The notes below the pieces were generated by a model. The model was not told the origin of the DNA. It searched no databases and was given only the letters and a program-made list of their open reading frames with translations. A stretch of DNA of 64,000 bases from assembly GCA_963707985.1 (NCBI GenBank), contig CAVPRW010000010.1, positions 128,001 to 192,000 on the forward strand. Direction: 5' to 3'. The DNA comes from an uncultured Nitrospinota bacterium (GTDB taxonomy: Bacteria; Tectomicrobia; Entotheonellia; J063; CAVPRW01). This document shows, one piece after another, positions 1-11,172 of this stretch. How positions within the stretch are numbered: the first letter of the stretch is position 1; each line of letters starts with the position of its first letter. Made by a program: the position numbers and the translations under genes.

Positions 1-1
1 A

Positions 2-1258
2 CACCAGTGGGTCATTCTTGCCGCGCTTCTGGGGGCGTTCTTCCTATACAGCGGTGGGTTGTACGTGCTCACGTTTCTGCGACCTGCCCGCATTCGCACC
101 TACTACTTGTGTGTGTTCATCGTCGATCTGCTGATCATCACCGCACTCAATGACTATGTGGGAGAGGTCAAGGGCAGCTTTTATCTAGCCTATTATCTGC
201 TGGTGGCGCTGCACGCCTACTACTTTGGCCTAGGAATGGGACTGATCGTGGCCGGGTTGGCCTCGGTGCTGTATGTGATGTCCGACTACCCGGAATTCCA
301 GACCATTGTGTGGCATGAATACACGCTACGGATCACCTTTCTCTTTCTCGTCGCCACCTTCCTTGGACTCCTGGCGAAAAAGGATAAGGGCGACAAGCAA
401 CACATGGAGAGTCTGAATCGCGAGCTCTCAGAGAAGACGCGTAAGCTCGAGCTCGCCTACATCCAATTGGCAGAAGCCCAGCGGCAGATCATACAGACCG
501 AAAAGCTTTCCTCGCTCGGAACGCTGGTGGCAGGCGTCGCCCATGAGATCAATAATCCTATTGGAATTATCGCTAACCGTGTCGAGGTGCTGCGGTTGGA
601 GCATGAGGAGCAGGGTTTGGACGATATCCTCAAGGAAGACCTCGAAGTCATCCACCGCCAGGCCCATCGTGTGACGGAAATCACCACCGCACTCCTCGCC
701 TATGCTCGGCAATCATCCCACGAGCAGACTCTGCTCAACCTGAACGGCGTGGTGCGGTCAGCCTTGTTGCTTTGGCAACCCCAAGCCGAGCAGGTCGTGC
801 GGGTTGAAACCGCCCTGGAGGAGCCGCTACCACCAATCATGGGCGACGTCACGCAACTCCAGCAGGTGCTGATCAACCTGTTGAGCAATGCCCTCGACGC
901 CACCCCTCCTGGGGGCACGATTGCGGTCTCGACGCGAAGCCAGGGAGAGCCGCCGTCGACTGTGGCGTTGGAGGTCGCCGACACAGGAACCGGTATCTTA
1001 GCGGAGCATCTCTCTAAGGTCTTCGACCCATTTTTTACCACCAAACCCCCTGGGAAAGGCACGGGGCTTGGGCTTTCCGTGTGCTTTGGCATCGTACAGG
1101 ATCATCAGGGGACGATCACCGTCGACAGCCAGCGCGGTCGTGGTTGCACCTTTAGCGTGATTTTACCCGTGATCCCGCGTGTTGAGCTTGCTCACCAGGG
1201 GTCCCATCGGATGCTCCAAGCCGCTCTCACCGCCAGTCAGGACGAAGGAGTGTACTGA
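2..1258 (+). CDS. Membrane sensor histidine kinase (NtrB-like), 5' end outside window
   Basis: Frame open from base 2. Several TM helices, H-box VAHEINNP, N-box [23 protein letters not shown] and GTGLGL. Stop overlaps the next start (TGATG). Confidence 0.93.
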   Translation, partial: HQWVILAALLGAFFLYSGGLYVLTFLRPARIRTYYLCVFIVDLLIITALNDYVGEVKGSFYLAYYLLVALHAYYFGLGMGLIVAGLASVLYVMSDYPEFQTIVWHEYTLRITFLFLVATFLGLLAKKDKGDKQHMESLNRELSEKTRKLELAYIQLAEAQRQIIQTEKLSSLGTLVAGVAHEINNPIGIIANRVEVLRLEHEEQGLDDILKEDLEVIHRQAHRVTEITTALLAYARQSSHEQTLLNLNGVVRSALLLWQPQAEQVVRVETALEEPLPPIMGDVTQLQQVLINLLSNALDATPPGGTIAVSTRSQGEPPSTVALEVADTGTGILAEHLSKVFDPFFTTKPPGKGTGLGLSVCFGIVQDHQGTITVDSQRGRGCTFSVILPVIPRVELAHQGSHRMLQAALTASQDEGVY

Positions 1259-2643
1259 TGGGTACCTCCCGCAAAGTGCTCATCGTGGATGATGAGCGCG
1301 AGATGCTGACCAACTGCACGCGCATTCTGCGACGCTGTGGCTATGAGTGTCTAACCGCTGAGACCAGCGAGCAGGGCTTGGCGCTGGTGCATACCGTGCA
1401 GCCGGATGTGGTGCTGGTAGACCTGCGCATGCCGGGTAAGAGCGGCATCGACATCGTCAAGACCGTTAAATCCCAGTATCCCCACATGGAAGTGGTGCTC
1501 ATGACGGCGTATGCAAGCATTGAAACGGCAGTCGACGCCATCAAGCAGGGGGCTTTCGACTATCTGCCCAAACCGTTTACAGCGGACCAACTGCAGACGG
1601 TCATTCAACGGACCATGCGTCAGCAGCTGAGCACCCAGGGCGCGGGACGCATGAGAGCGGAAGTGGACTGGCGCTCCGATCATGGGGAGATGGTCGGGAG
1701 ATCTGAGGCCATGGAAGCGCTGCGCGAGCATATCCGGAAGATCGCTGCCACCGAGGCCACCGTCTTGATCACCGGTGAAAGCGGTACTGGCAAGGAATTG
1801 GTGGCGCGGAGCCTGCATCGGTGCAGTCGTCGCAGTGCGCTGCCGTTTGTGCCGGTGGATTGTGCTGCTTTGCCCGAGAGTTTGTTGGAGAGCGAGCTCT
1901 TCGGTCATGAGAAGGGGGCGTTTACGGGGGCCTCGCTCAGTCGCCCCGGCCTGTTTGAGCTCGCCCACACGGGGACGTTATTTCTGGACGAAGTGGCGGA
2001 GCTCCCCCCACCGTTGCAGGCTAAACTGCTCCGCGTCTTAGAGGCCAGACAGCTCCGGCGACTCGGCGGTCGGCAACTGATCAGCGTCAACGTGCGTGTG
2101 ATCGCCGCGACGAATCGCGACTTGACGAAGGCGATGGAAAGCGGCGCTTTTCGCGAAGATCTCTTTTATCGCCTCAACGTCATTCCCATTCACGTCCCCC
2201 CCCTGCGGGAGCGGCGCGGGGACATTCCCCTACTGACCGCGCATTTCTTGCGGTCTGGACTGCAGGCGAGTGCCGCGGTACCCCGGGAATTCGCTCCCGA
2301 AGCCATGGAGCTGCTTGAACACTACAGCTGGCCGGGGAACGTGCGCGAGTTGAAAAATGCGATTGAGCGGGCACGCGCCTTGGCGAATCGAGAGGCTATC
2401 CAACCAGAAGATTTGCCGGGAGAGGTCCGACACCTGGGCGGCGAGGTGGCTGATCGCTCCCCCCCGATGCATTCGTTCAAGGCTGCTAAGCAAGAGATCG
2501 TCACCGAATTCGAAGAGCGTAGCTTGCGCGAGCTGATGGAGCAGACGGGGTGGAATATCGCCCAGGCCGCACGGGCCTCGGGTGTGCATCGGAAGACCAT
2601 CGAGCGCAAGCTGAAACGCTACAACTTGCGCCGCGATGGTTGA
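1258..2643 (+). CDS. Sigma-54-dependent response regulator (NtrC family: REC-AAA-HTH)
   Basis: Receiver domain (LIVDDE...DLRMPG), Walker A GESGTGKE, GAFTGA loop, LFLDEV, WPGNVREL and a C-terminal Fis-type HTH. Confidence 0.96.
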   Translation: MGTSRKVLIVDDEREMLTNCTRILRRCGYECLTAETSEQGLALVHTVQPDVVLVDLRMPGKSGIDIVKTVKSQYPHMEVVLMTAYASIETAVDAIKQGAFDYLPKPFTADQLQTVIQRTMRQQLSTQGAGRMRAEVDWRSDHGEMVGRSEAMEALREHIRKIAATEATVLITGESGTGKELVARSLHRCSRRSALPFVPVDCAALPESLLESELFGHEKGAFTGASLSRPGLFELAHTGTLFLDEVAELPPPLQAKLLRVLEARQLRRLGGRQLISVNVRVIAATNRDLTKAMESGAFREDLFYRLNVIPIHVPPLRERRGDIPLLTAHFLRSGLQASAAVPREFAPEAMELLEHYSWPGNVRELKNAIERARALANREAIQPEDLPGEVRHLGGEVADRSPPMHSFKAAKQEIVTEFEERSLRELMEQTGWNIAQAARASGVHRKTIERKLKRYNLRRDG

Positions 2644-2658
2644 GGTGGATTAAGCGGA

Positions 2659-3750
2659 TTAATTGGTCAATAGTCCTTCCAGATGCAGTCGTCGACTACT
2701 GCCGCGCAGCTTCTCCATCGCCACGTGCTCGATCTGGCGGATGCGTTCGCGACTAAGGTCGAATTGTTTACCGATCTGTTCCAGTGTGTGCTCGCCCTCG
2801 CCTCCCAGACCAAAGCGCAGCATAATGATCCGGCGCTCGCGTGGGGTGAGGACCTCGAGCAGTTGCTGCAAACGGTCGCTGAGATCCTGCTGGAGCGTGG
2901 CCTCCACCGGAGATGCCAGCAGCGGATAGCCTAACGGCTGGGCCAGAGGCAGAGGGGGTGTGCCCTCGGGATAGTTCCGGCCCAGATCCTCAATCGACAC
3001 CACTTGTTGGTTCAATTCCAGGATCAATCGCACTTTCTCGACCGCAAGCCCGACGGCCGCGGCCACCTCCACCGGTGTCGGGGGACGCTCATGCGCACTC
3101 TGCAACTGTTGGTAGGCGCGTCTGACACGACCGGCAATCTCGGTGAGATAGGCCGGCACCCTGACCGTGCGCCCCTGCTCGAAGATGGCCCGAGCGATAT
3201 AGGCCCGGATCCACCAGCTGGCATAGGTGCTAAACTTATAGCCCCGGCTGGGATCGAATTTCTCCACGGCGCGCATGAGCCCCAGATTGCCCTCCTGCAC
3301 CAGATCGAGCAGTGGTACCCCGTGTTGCGCAAATTGCTTGGCGATACTGACGACAAGGCGTAGATTGGCCGTTATCATGACTTCTCGGGCTTGCTGGCTA
3401 CGCAGGCGCGCGGCGCACGGAAGCTCTGCGGTTTCATCCAGCCTGTCCTCAAGCTGGCCAAGAGTACTCTGCGACGGCGCGGTCCGCTGAATTTCTTGCG
3501 CCAACTGACGTTCTTCGTCCACACGTAGGCGGGGCACCGCCCCGATATCTTGGTAGTACAGGCGGAGCACACGATCTTCCCACGACAGGCTGTCCCGACT
3601 CGAGGTCTTAGCCGGTAAAGCTGTATCCGGGAGCACGTGGGCAGGTTCCTTGGGGGTGAAGGCCCGCATAACAAACAGACGCTTTGCCTGTGGCTCCACA
3701 GCCAGTGAGCGGTCTTTGGGCTTGGTGCGACGTATCGGCATAATTCTCAA
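2659..3750 (-). CDS. RpoD/RpoS-family alternative sigma-70 factor (no recognisable region 1.1)
   Basis: Region 2 [11 protein letters not shown]...[32 protein letters not shown] and region 4 [20 protein letters not shown]. Start codon uncertain. Confidence 0.92.
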   Translation of the reverse strand: MRIMPIRRTKPKDRSLAVEPQAKRLFVMRAFTPKEPAHVLPDTALPAKTSSRDSLSWEDRVLRLYYQDIGAVPRLRVDEERQLAQEIQRTAPSQSTLGQLEDRLDETAELPCAARLRSQQAREVMITANLRLVVSIAKQFAQHGVPLLDLVQEGNLGLMRAVEKFDPSRGYKFSTYASWWIRAYIARAIFEQGRTVRVPAYLTEIAGRVRRAYQQLQSAHERPPTPVEVAAAVGLAVEKVRLILELNQQVVSIEDLGRNYPEGTPPLPLAQPLGYPLLASPVEATLQQDLSDRLQQLLEVLTPRERRIIMLRFGLGGEGEHTLEQIGKQFDLSRERIRQIEHVAMEKLRGSSRRLHLEGLLTN

Positions 3751-3839
3751 CTCCCAGCGGTCTTAGCGCAACCATCAAGGCTCTATGGGTAAACGTCCAG
3801 CCAGAGCTGCACGCATAGGGATGACATACGGGAAAAGAG

Positions 3840-3856
3840 AGCAATTTTTATACCGA
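3840..3856 (-). promoter_or_regulatory. Candidate sigma-54 (-24/-12) promoter for the sigma factor gene
   Basis: Minus strand reads TCGGTATAAAAATTGCT, i.e. GG-N10-GC with TTGC, ~90 bp upstream of the ORF start. Confidence 0.6.
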
Positions 3857-4036
3857 ACTTTGACGATCAACCCGCAACAGCTCGGAGGGGTGAGGTCGTG
3901 ATGACATGATGGCGAAAAGCTCTCCACCGTCCGCTGCAAGGAGCTGAAAGGCCCGCTTGGGCACTTCCTCCCTGAGGCTGTGTAACGACATACATGGCAG
4001 GTCAGCGGCGAGTGGCGTCTGTAATCTGAGGAAACA

Positions 4037-4079
4037 TGCGACACTGATGTACCAGTGCGACATAAATGTCGCACTGGTA
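4037..4079. promoter_or_regulatory. Tandem palindromic regulator-binding sites (putative activator UAS)
   Basis: Perfect 14-bp inverted repeat TACCAGTGCGACAT-AA-ATGTCGCACTGGTA (4050-4079), preceded by an imperfect copy of its core, TGCGACA-CTGA-TGTACCA. Confidence 0.65.
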
Positions 4080-4103
4080 GGGGCATTGCGCCGAAAAAAA
4101 AGC

Positions 4104-4132
4104 TTGACAAGCACATACCCCATGTTTAACAT
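4104..4132 (+). promoter_or_regulatory. Sigma-70-type promoter for the respiratory operon
   Basis: TTGACA-N17-TAACAT preceded by an A-tract (4094-4101). Confidence 0.65.
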
Positions 4133-4259
4133 ACGGCCATCTTTCTTCAACAAGTCTCCTTTTGTTTTCAATAATTTACATATGCCCTACCCAAATCAAC
4201 GCGTTCCCGCTCGCTAGCCAAGAGGTGAAGCTCAGGCGCTGCGTCAAGAGGGGATAGGT

Positions 4260-6095
4260 ATGAAGAGGAAACCGACCGTGATGCAGAGTCACATAGCGCG
4301 CTACGTCTGTGGCCTGGGTTTGGCCCTGGGGCTGGCACTCCTGCTCCTGCCCGTGTGGGTCTGGGCTCAGGACGCGGGAACTGTCGCGGACTACCGTGCC
4401 CTGCCAGGTCTCGGCAGTCGGGTGGCGATATGGATCGTGGCACAAATCCACCTGTATTTTGCGGCGTTTGTGCTAGGTGTGCCAATCTTTGCGGTGACGG
4501 TCGAATTCATTGGGACTCGCACGAAGGATCCCCGCTATGATCAGCTGGCGCACGACTTCACCAAACTGATGAGCGTGGCCTTCTCGACCACCGCGACATT
4601 CGGCGCCGTCCTCACGTTCTTTCTCTTTGGTCTTTACCCGAAATTCATGAACTACCTAGCCGCATTGTTCTTTCCGACGATGGTCGTCTACGTGCTCCTG
4701 TTCTTCGGTGAAGGCTTCACCCTATACCTGTACTACTACGGCTGGGAGGCCATGCGCCGGCGCAAAGGGTTGCACCTGTTGCTGGGCTGTCTGCTCAACG
4801 TCTTCGGCATCACGCTGATGTTTATTGCAAACTCCTGGGCCACCTTCATGATGACGCCGCCCACTGGCGTCGCCGAGCAAGGCGCCGGGGTGGGACTGTG
4901 GGCGTTGGTCGATAATTATGCCTGGATGCCGATCAACATCCACCGCTTGCTGGCTAATGTCGCCTTTGGTGGCTCGATCGCGGCCGCCTATGCCGGTTTT
5001 CGTTTCCTCAATGCGCGTACGGACAGAGGAGCGTGCGCGGTACGACTGGATGGGGTATATCGGCAACTTCATCGGCGTCGGGGCGCTGATTCCGCTGCCC
5101 TTCGCCGGCTATTATCTGGGCCGCGAGATTTACTCCTACAATGAACAGATGGGCATTTCGATGATGGGTGGCATCTTCTCCTGGCTGTTCATCATCCAGG
5201 CCGTGCTCATCGGCGTCCTCTTCCTGTCCGCCAATTACTATCTGTGGCTCGGGATGGAGCGGATTCCGGGGGCTGAACGCTACCGCGGCTGGATTAAATT
5301 CTTGCTGCTCGTCCTGACGATCTGCGTTGGCGTGTGGATGACCCCGCATAGTCTGGTGGCCAGCCTGGAGGAGGCGCGCAAGATGGGTGGCGCCCATCAT
5401 CCCTTGCTGGGCGTGCTGGGAGTGATGTCGGCCAAGAATACCGCGGTGAATCTCATGATCCTCACGACGTTCTTGAGTTTTATGCTCTACAAGCGCGGCA
5501 ACAAGGTCCCGACCGTCCCATGGGCCAGGACCGGCAACGCTGTTGAAGCGCTGATTTTTGTGCTGGCGGCTTTTATCGTCATCTTCTATGGCATCTACGG
5601 CTACTTCGTGCCTGCTATTGTGCGTATTGGTTTCTCGGTGTATCAGGTCGGTGCGGTACTATTTACGCTTGTCGCCGTCACGGTCATCGATATTTTCCTG
5701 CTTGAAGAATGCTCGGATCCTCGGGGAGATTCAGTGGGGCAAGATCCCCGAGCGGGCCCAATATGCGTTGTTCTTGCTGGCGCTGTCCTTTACTTGGTTG
5801 ATGGGTCTGATGGGTTATGTGCGGTCGGGCCTGCGCATGGATTGGCACGTCTACGGCGTCATGCGTGATACCAGCCCGGGCGCCTACACGCCAACCTTGG
5901 GCTTTGCGACGAACATGGTGTCGGTGACGGTGATCATTTTCCTCGGGCTGCTGGCATTTATCTTCTGGTTAGGGAGCCTCGACGAGGCTCATGCGGGCGA
6001 GGGAGGAGTTAGACAAGGATGTCGAAGCCGCCTTTCGGCCACCGTTGCGCCCACAGCCGGTGACGAGTCACCCCGGCGCAGATGCGGAAGGATAG
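4260..6095 (+). CDS. Cytochrome bd ubiquinol oxidase subunit I-like ('bd-like') membrane protein, split by apparent frameshifts (~5020, ~5700, probably ~6000)
   Basis: ORFs 4260-5144, 4918-5868 and 5558- join into one polytopic protein with AQIHLYFAAFVLG, NIHRLLAN and C-terminal LMGYVRSGLRMDWHVYGVM (cf. CydA GRQPW.VYG). End inferred from TAG at 6093-6095. Confidence 0.8.
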
Positions 6096-6100
6096 GGCTC

Positions 6101-7027
6101 ATGTTCTCGATCTTATTGTATACCTTCGCGGGGCTCTTCTTGCTGTGGATGATCCTGCTGTCGTTGGGCGTGCGACGGATCTGGCTGAATGTGATGCTCT
6201 TTTCTCTGGAAGCGACGCTCGCCTATACCATCGTTGGCAACCTCGTGCCGCAGATCGAGTCCAGGCCTCAGGCGGCAGCTGCAACTCTCTCCCGATGCGA
6301 CGCCGGAGCAGCTGGTCAAAGCCGGCGAGCAGATCTTCTACGGTAAGGGAACCTGCGCCCTCTGCCATTCGATCGATCCGAGTGAGGCGGCGCGCTGTCC
6401 GCAGCTCGGGGCCGGCACCCTTGGACCCGCCATCGGCGCACGCGCCGACGAGCGGGTGAAAGAGCCAGGTTATAAGGGCAAAGCCAAGGACGGGACCGAA
6501 TACCTCATCGAGAGCTTAACCCATCCTCAGGACTACCTGGTGCAAGGCTTTCCTGCCCATCATGCCGGTGATCAACAAGCCGCCGATCGGCCTGAATAAC
6601 GATGAGATCGCCGCGGTGATAGCCTTCTTGCAGAGCGTCCAGGGTGGCAAGGTGACCGTCACCCCCAAAATGGTGGCGGCCTTCACAGGCACCGAGGTAC
6701 CGGCGCAGCCAGGCACGGCCGCAGCGCAACCGGTGGTGGCAACCGCCACTGATCGGCCCCCGGAACAGCTCATCGCGGAGCTTGCCTGCATTGCTTGCCA
6801 TAAATTCGATGAGCCGGGGCCGTCTGGTCGGTCCGAGCCTTTGGGATATCGGGGTGCGTCAGGATGAGGCGTATATCCGGCAGTCGATTCTGGAGCCGAA
6901 TGCGGTGATCGCGGAGGGTTTCCCTCCGATGTTGATGCCACCGGATCTTGGACAGAAGATGACCGGGGTGGAGTTCGAACGCCTTGTACAATGGCTGAAG
7001 AACCACAAAGGACCCAAGGTCCAGTAG
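6101..7027 (+). CDS. Membrane-anchored dihaem cytochrome c, split by apparent frameshifts (~6290, ~6558, ~6820)
   Basis: N-terminal TM helices, then CALCH...YLIESLTHP...MP and CIACH...VGPSL...YIRQSILEPNA...MP in successive frames. Confidence 0.8.
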
Positions 7028-7109
7028 TGTGCCGACTCACCACAGTCGCACCAGGCAGGACCGCAGCGTCGGAGCCATGACGCTGTCTGAACGGAGGAGA
7101 TCAGGAGAG

Positions 7110-7872
7110 ATGGCCCAGCAAGCATCCGGCAGCTGGTGGAGTGTGGGGGGCGCGATCGTCGCACTCATCGCCGGCCACTTGGCCCTGAAGTACGGCATTC
7201 AGACCGCCCATCCCGTCAAACTTGCTATATGCGTATACCATCATTCTCGCGATCGCGATTTATGTCTATCTGGCTTCAAATACAGCGCGATGGGAGAGTT
7301 TTTCACGTCCCCTGGCGCGTTTGTTCGTCGCCCGTGAAACTCGTATTGCCCGCGGCGTCATTTTTGTCCTGTTGCCGCTGAGTGTGGGTTGGCTAGTGTA
7401 TGCCTGGGGCGGTGGCTCGGCCCAGTTGCCTGCCGAGTTGCGCACCATTCACCCCACCCCTCCAGGGCAAATCACCGTGCGAGGCAAGAGCTACAACCTC
7501 ATTGGTCTGGAAAATCCTTTACGGAAAGAACCGGACAAGTTGGCACACTACGCCGATGAAGGCAAGGTCGTGTATTTTCAGAACTGCTTTCCCTGCCACG
7601 GCGACAACCTCGACGGCACCGGACATTTCGCCCATGGATTTATCCCATCCCCAGCCAATTTCGTCGACGTTGGCACCATTGCCCAATTGCAGGAGTCATA
7701 CGTCTTCTGGCGTATCGCCAAGGGAGGGCCTGGCCTGCCCCCCGAATCGCATCCATGGAATTCAGCCATGCCGATTTGGGAGAATTTCCTCTCGGAGGAA
7801 GATATCTGGAAGGTCATCTTGTACATCTACGCTGGGGCTGGACAGTCGCCGCGCACCTGGGAAGGACACTGA
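7110..7872 (+). CDS. Membrane-anchored monohaem cytochrome c (apparent frameshift ~7215)
   Basis: AGGAG before ATG 7110, TM segments, CFPCH heme motif, distal SAMP and WKVILY. Confidence 0.8.
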
Positions 7873-7959
7873 GTCATGGTAGCCAATGAGGCGCCAAGTG
7901 CATGATCCGTCTACCCCTGCCAATCGTGGTATGCGTGAGTACAAGGCAACGGAGAACGA

Positions 7960-9501
7960 GTGAGGATGCATGAGACCGTGAGAACCTCATGGAGGCGGAT
8001 AGGGGGAGCGACACGACAGCGCTGGGCAGCCGTACTGTGGTGTGTGGGGGTCGGCCTGGCACTGACCACCGCAGCCCTGGCGCAGGAACAACGGGCAGCC
8101 TCGTCGCCACAAGACCTCGAGGCGGGCAAACAGGTCTACGCTCGCAAATGTGCCCAATGTCACGGTGATGATGGGCAGGGCACCGGGCCGGCGGCCATGG
8201 AAGTCTTTCCACAACCGCGCGATTTCACGCGAGGCATCTACAAAATCCGCTCGACTCCCAGCGGTACCGTGCCGACGGATGATGATCTCTTCCGTTCCAT
8301 CACCAACGGTCTTCCGGGCAGCTCGATGCCCGGCTGGACTGTGCTCCCTGAACGCGATAGGCGACAGGTAGTCCAGTATATCAAGACCTTCTCTCAAAAA
8401 TTCAAGGAGGAAACCCCGACCCCCCTCACATTCCCTGCAGAGGTACCTTCTAGCACGGAGAGCATCGCCCGCGGTAAAGAACTCTACCGTGATGCTGAAT
8501 GCTGGCAATGTCATGGGGATGAGGGTAGAGGTGATGGCCCGTCGCTCCCGGATTTGAAGGATGATTGGGGACATCCGATCTGGCCGGCGGACCTTACGCA
8601 GTGCTGGAATTTCCGCGGCGGCAGTACCCGCCATGACATCTTTCGCGCGTTCATGACGGGGCTCAGCGGCACGCCTATGCCGTCGTTTGCTGAGATCTTC
8701 GAGCCGCAGCAGGCCTGGGATCTGACCAACTACGTCCACTCCCTGTGCCGCGATCGGAAGGTAGATGTTGTCGTGCGCGCGGTGCCCGCTGGAGGAGAGC
8801 TGCCCACCGATGTCAACGATCCGCGCTGGGCCAATGCCCCCGCCATCGATTTCCCTTTGGTCGGGCAGATTATTCAAGATCCCCGCCAGTTTACGCCTTC
8901 GATCAACACGGTGACGGTACAGGCTATGCACACTGCGGGCGAAATTGCCTTGCTCCTGAGCTGGGATGATCGAACCCACAGTACTGCGAACCCGGAGACG
9001 CACATCTACGACGATAACTTCGTGGTGCAATGGCCGGTGCGTTTGACCGACGGACCGGAAAAGCCCTATTTCCTGTATGGCGACACCTCACGGCCGGTTT
9101 ATCTCTGGCGCTGGGGCGCTAACGCCGCGGGCATTGGAGAGCTCAACGCCACAGGTTTTGGAACGGAGTCGCCGCAGCGGCAAGAGAGCCAGAGTCTTAA
9201 AGGCACTGTGGACTATAATCATGGTCAGTACAGGATGTTGGTGCGGCGGGCGATTACAACGGACGACAAGGATAACGACTTGCAGTTCCAGGAGGCGAAA
9301 TTCATTCCCATCGCCTTTTCTGCTTGGGATGGCTCCAATGGTGAAACGGGGAATAAGCGCGCCATCTCGGCCTGGTATTACCTCTATCTCGAACCGACGC
9401 CTTCACGCGCGCGGCTCATCTATCCAGGCATCGCAGTGGTGGCCATTGCGGCCGCAGAGTTATTTTTCGGACGACAAGGACGACGCCGACGGTCAGCATA
9501 A
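7960..9501 (+). CDS. Dihaem cytochrome c fused to an ethylbenzene-dehydrogenase gamma (EbdC/NxrC-like) heme-b domain
   Basis: Signal peptide and CAQCH and CWQCH motifs, each followed by PRDFT/PADLT...GLxGxxMP. C-terminal domain LLLSWDD...KPYFLYGD...VYLWRW...IAFSAWDGSNGE..NKR and a terminal TM anchor. Confidence 0.82.
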   Translation: MRMHETVRTSWRRIGGATRQRWAAVLWCVGVGLALTTAALAQEQRAASSPQDLEAGKQVYARKCAQCHGDDGQGTGPAAMEVFPQPRDFTRGIYKIRSTPSGTVPTDDDLFRSITNGLPGSSMPGWTVLPERDRRQVVQYIKTFSQKFKEETPTPLTFPAEVPSSTESIARGKELYRDAECWQCHGDEGRGDGPSLPDLKDDWGHPIWPADLTQCWNFRGGSTRHDIFRAFMTGLSGTPMPSFAEIFEPQQAWDLTNYVHSLCRDRKVDVVVRAVPAGGELPTDVNDPRWANAPAIDFPLVGQIIQDPRQFTPSINTVTVQAMHTAGEIALLLSWDDRTHSTANPETHIYDDNFVVQWPVRLTDGPEKPYFLYGDTSRPVYLWRWGANAAGIGELNATGFGTESPQRQESQSLKGTVDYNHGQYRMLVRRAITTDDKDNDLQFQEAKFIPIAFSAWDGSNGETGNKRAISAWYYLYLEPTPSRARLIYPGIAVVAIAAAELFFGRQGRRRRSA

Positions 9502-9561
9502 ATCCAGCTCTGATGCTGGGCTGCCGGTGATCTGATCGCTAGTTCGCGAAAGGAGTGTTCC

Positions 9562-10293
9562 ATGATGACACGTTGGCTGACAGGGTTGCTGATCCTGCCT
9601 TGGTTAGGGATCGTGACGCTTCCCTTGCAGGGCTTCAGTTACGAGGCCATACCAGTGACCGACGGTGGCACGATTGTGGGTGAAGTGAAGTATGCGGGTG
9701 ACCCTCCGCCACCGGAGAAGATCGATGTCACCAAAGATGCGAACATCTGTGGAGCAGACCAAAAGGTTTCCCCGGCATTGATGGTCGGAGCGGATAAGGG
9801 CATTAAGGATGTGGTGGCGTCACTACCAAACATCCAGAAAGGCAAAGCTCTGGGAAAGCCGGAGAAACCTCCGGTACTGGATCAAAAGAATTGTGAGTAT
9901 CACCCGTACGCCCAGATCATTCCAGTCAATACCACGCTAGAGATTACCAATAGCGACGATGTGCTCCACAATATCAAGACGAAGGGTGCAACTAAGACCT
10001 CGTTTAACATTGCCCAGCCGAAGTTCAAGCGGAAATTGACTGTGGAGTTCAAAAATCCTGAGATCGTCCAGGTCGAATGCAATGTCCACGGTTGGATGAA
10101 CGCGATTGTCGTGGTTGAGGATAACCCCTACGACGCCTTGACAGACGCCAATGGCTCCTTTAAGATCACCGACGTTCCACCGGGAAAATATACTGTGAAG
10201 GTCTGGCATTCCAAACTTGGCGAGCAGACCAAAGAAGTGACGGTGGGCCCGAAGGAGGAGGTGAAGGTCGCCTTCGAGATGAAGACACCTTGA
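9562..10293 (+). CDS. Periplasmic cupredoxin-like / carboxypeptidase-regulatory-like domain protein
   Basis: Signal peptide; LDQKNC, NSDDVLHN, CNVHGWM (possible Cu ligands) and TDANGSFKITDVPPGKYTVKVWH. Confidence 0.75.
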   Translation: MMTRWLTGLLILPWLGIVTLPLQGFSYEAIPVTDGGTIVGEVKYAGDPPPPEKIDVTKDANICGADQKVSPALMVGADKGIKDVVASLPNIQKGKALGKPEKPPVLDQKNCEYHPYAQIIPVNTTLEITNSDDVLHNIKTKGATKTSFNIAQPKFKRKLTVEFKNPEIVQVECNVHGWMNAIVVVEDNPYDALTDANGSFKITDVPPGKYTVKVWHSKLGEQTKEVTVGPKEEVKVAFEMKTP

Positions 10294-10451
10294 TGGCCTG
10301 AACATACGACCCTGTCGGTGGCGACCATCACACATGATGAGGTTCTCACCGGCAGGCTTGATGCCGAGCAAAGTCTCGGCTGCGCAAGTTAGGCGGTGTG
10401 AAATGCGGACCATCGCGCTGGTGATGGCGGAACGGGTACTGGAGAGATCTC

Positions 10452-11108
10452 ATGCTCAGGTGGCTTCCGGCAAACGTCTCGACCTATGGAGGAGAGATCG
10501 ATCGATTATTTTCGATCATTGAGTGGATCACCGGCATCACGTTCGTCCTGGTCATCGTTTTGCTGCTGGTCTTCATCGTCAAGTATCGCGATCGAGGTGG
10601 GCGGCGCGCGACCTACACACACGGCAATGCGTTTCTCGAAGTGATCTGGACGATCGTGCCGGCGATCATTCTTATCGTGCTGTTTATGCTGAGCCAGTCG
10701 CTCTGGTGGAGCATTAAGGGGAACGTGCCGGCGACGGATTTCCAGGTACTGGTCACGGCGAAACAGTTCAACTGGGTCTTCACCTACCCCGGCCCCGATG
10801 GCACCTTCGGTACCGCTGATGACCTCACGTTAGAAAATGAGCTGCATGTCCCCGTCAACAAAATCGTGCGGGTGTCCCTGCGCGCCGAGGACGTGATCCA
10901 CAGCTTCTTCCTTCCGAATTTGCGGTTGAAACAGGATGCCGTCCCAGGCCGCGAGATTCCAGCTTGGTTCGAGGCGACGCAGACGGGTCGGTATGAAATC
11001 CCCTGTGCTGAGCTGTGTGGATTCGGTCACTCCGGGATGCTTGGCTATCTGACGGTCCATTCTGTCGCTGACTATCAGCAATGGGTGAAGCAGCGTTGGC
11101 CGTCCTAA
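10452..11108 (+). CDS. coxB: Cytochrome c oxidase subunit II
   Basis: LEVIWTIVP, DVIHSF, KQDAVPG and CuA motif CAELCGFGHSGM. Confidence 0.96.
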   Translation: MLRWLPANVSTYGGEIDRLFSIIEWITGITFVLVIVLLLVFIVKYRDRGGRRATYTHGNAFLEVIWTIVPAIILIVLFMLSQSLWWSIKGNVPATDFQVLVTAKQFNWVFTYPGPDGTFGTADDLTLENELHVPVNKIVRVSLRAEDVIHSFFLPNLRLKQDAVPGREIPAWFEATQTGRYEIPCAELCGFGHSGMLGYLTVHSVADYQQWVKQRWPS

Positions 11109-11172
11109 CACGTCCAGCCTACACGCCAGCGCTGATCGCATCCGGTCTAGGTTGATCGAAAGGAATCAAACG

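Noticed and set aside
4074..4090. Plus-strand sigma-54-like CTGGTAGGGGCATTGCG
   Set aside because: It has GG-N10-GC spacing but overlaps the palindrome and sits beside a better sigma-70 promoter; not supported enough to call.
4260..9501. Nitrite oxidation capacity inferred from bd-like and NxrC-like genes
   Set aside because: No NxrA or NxrB in the window; these modules are not diagnostic.
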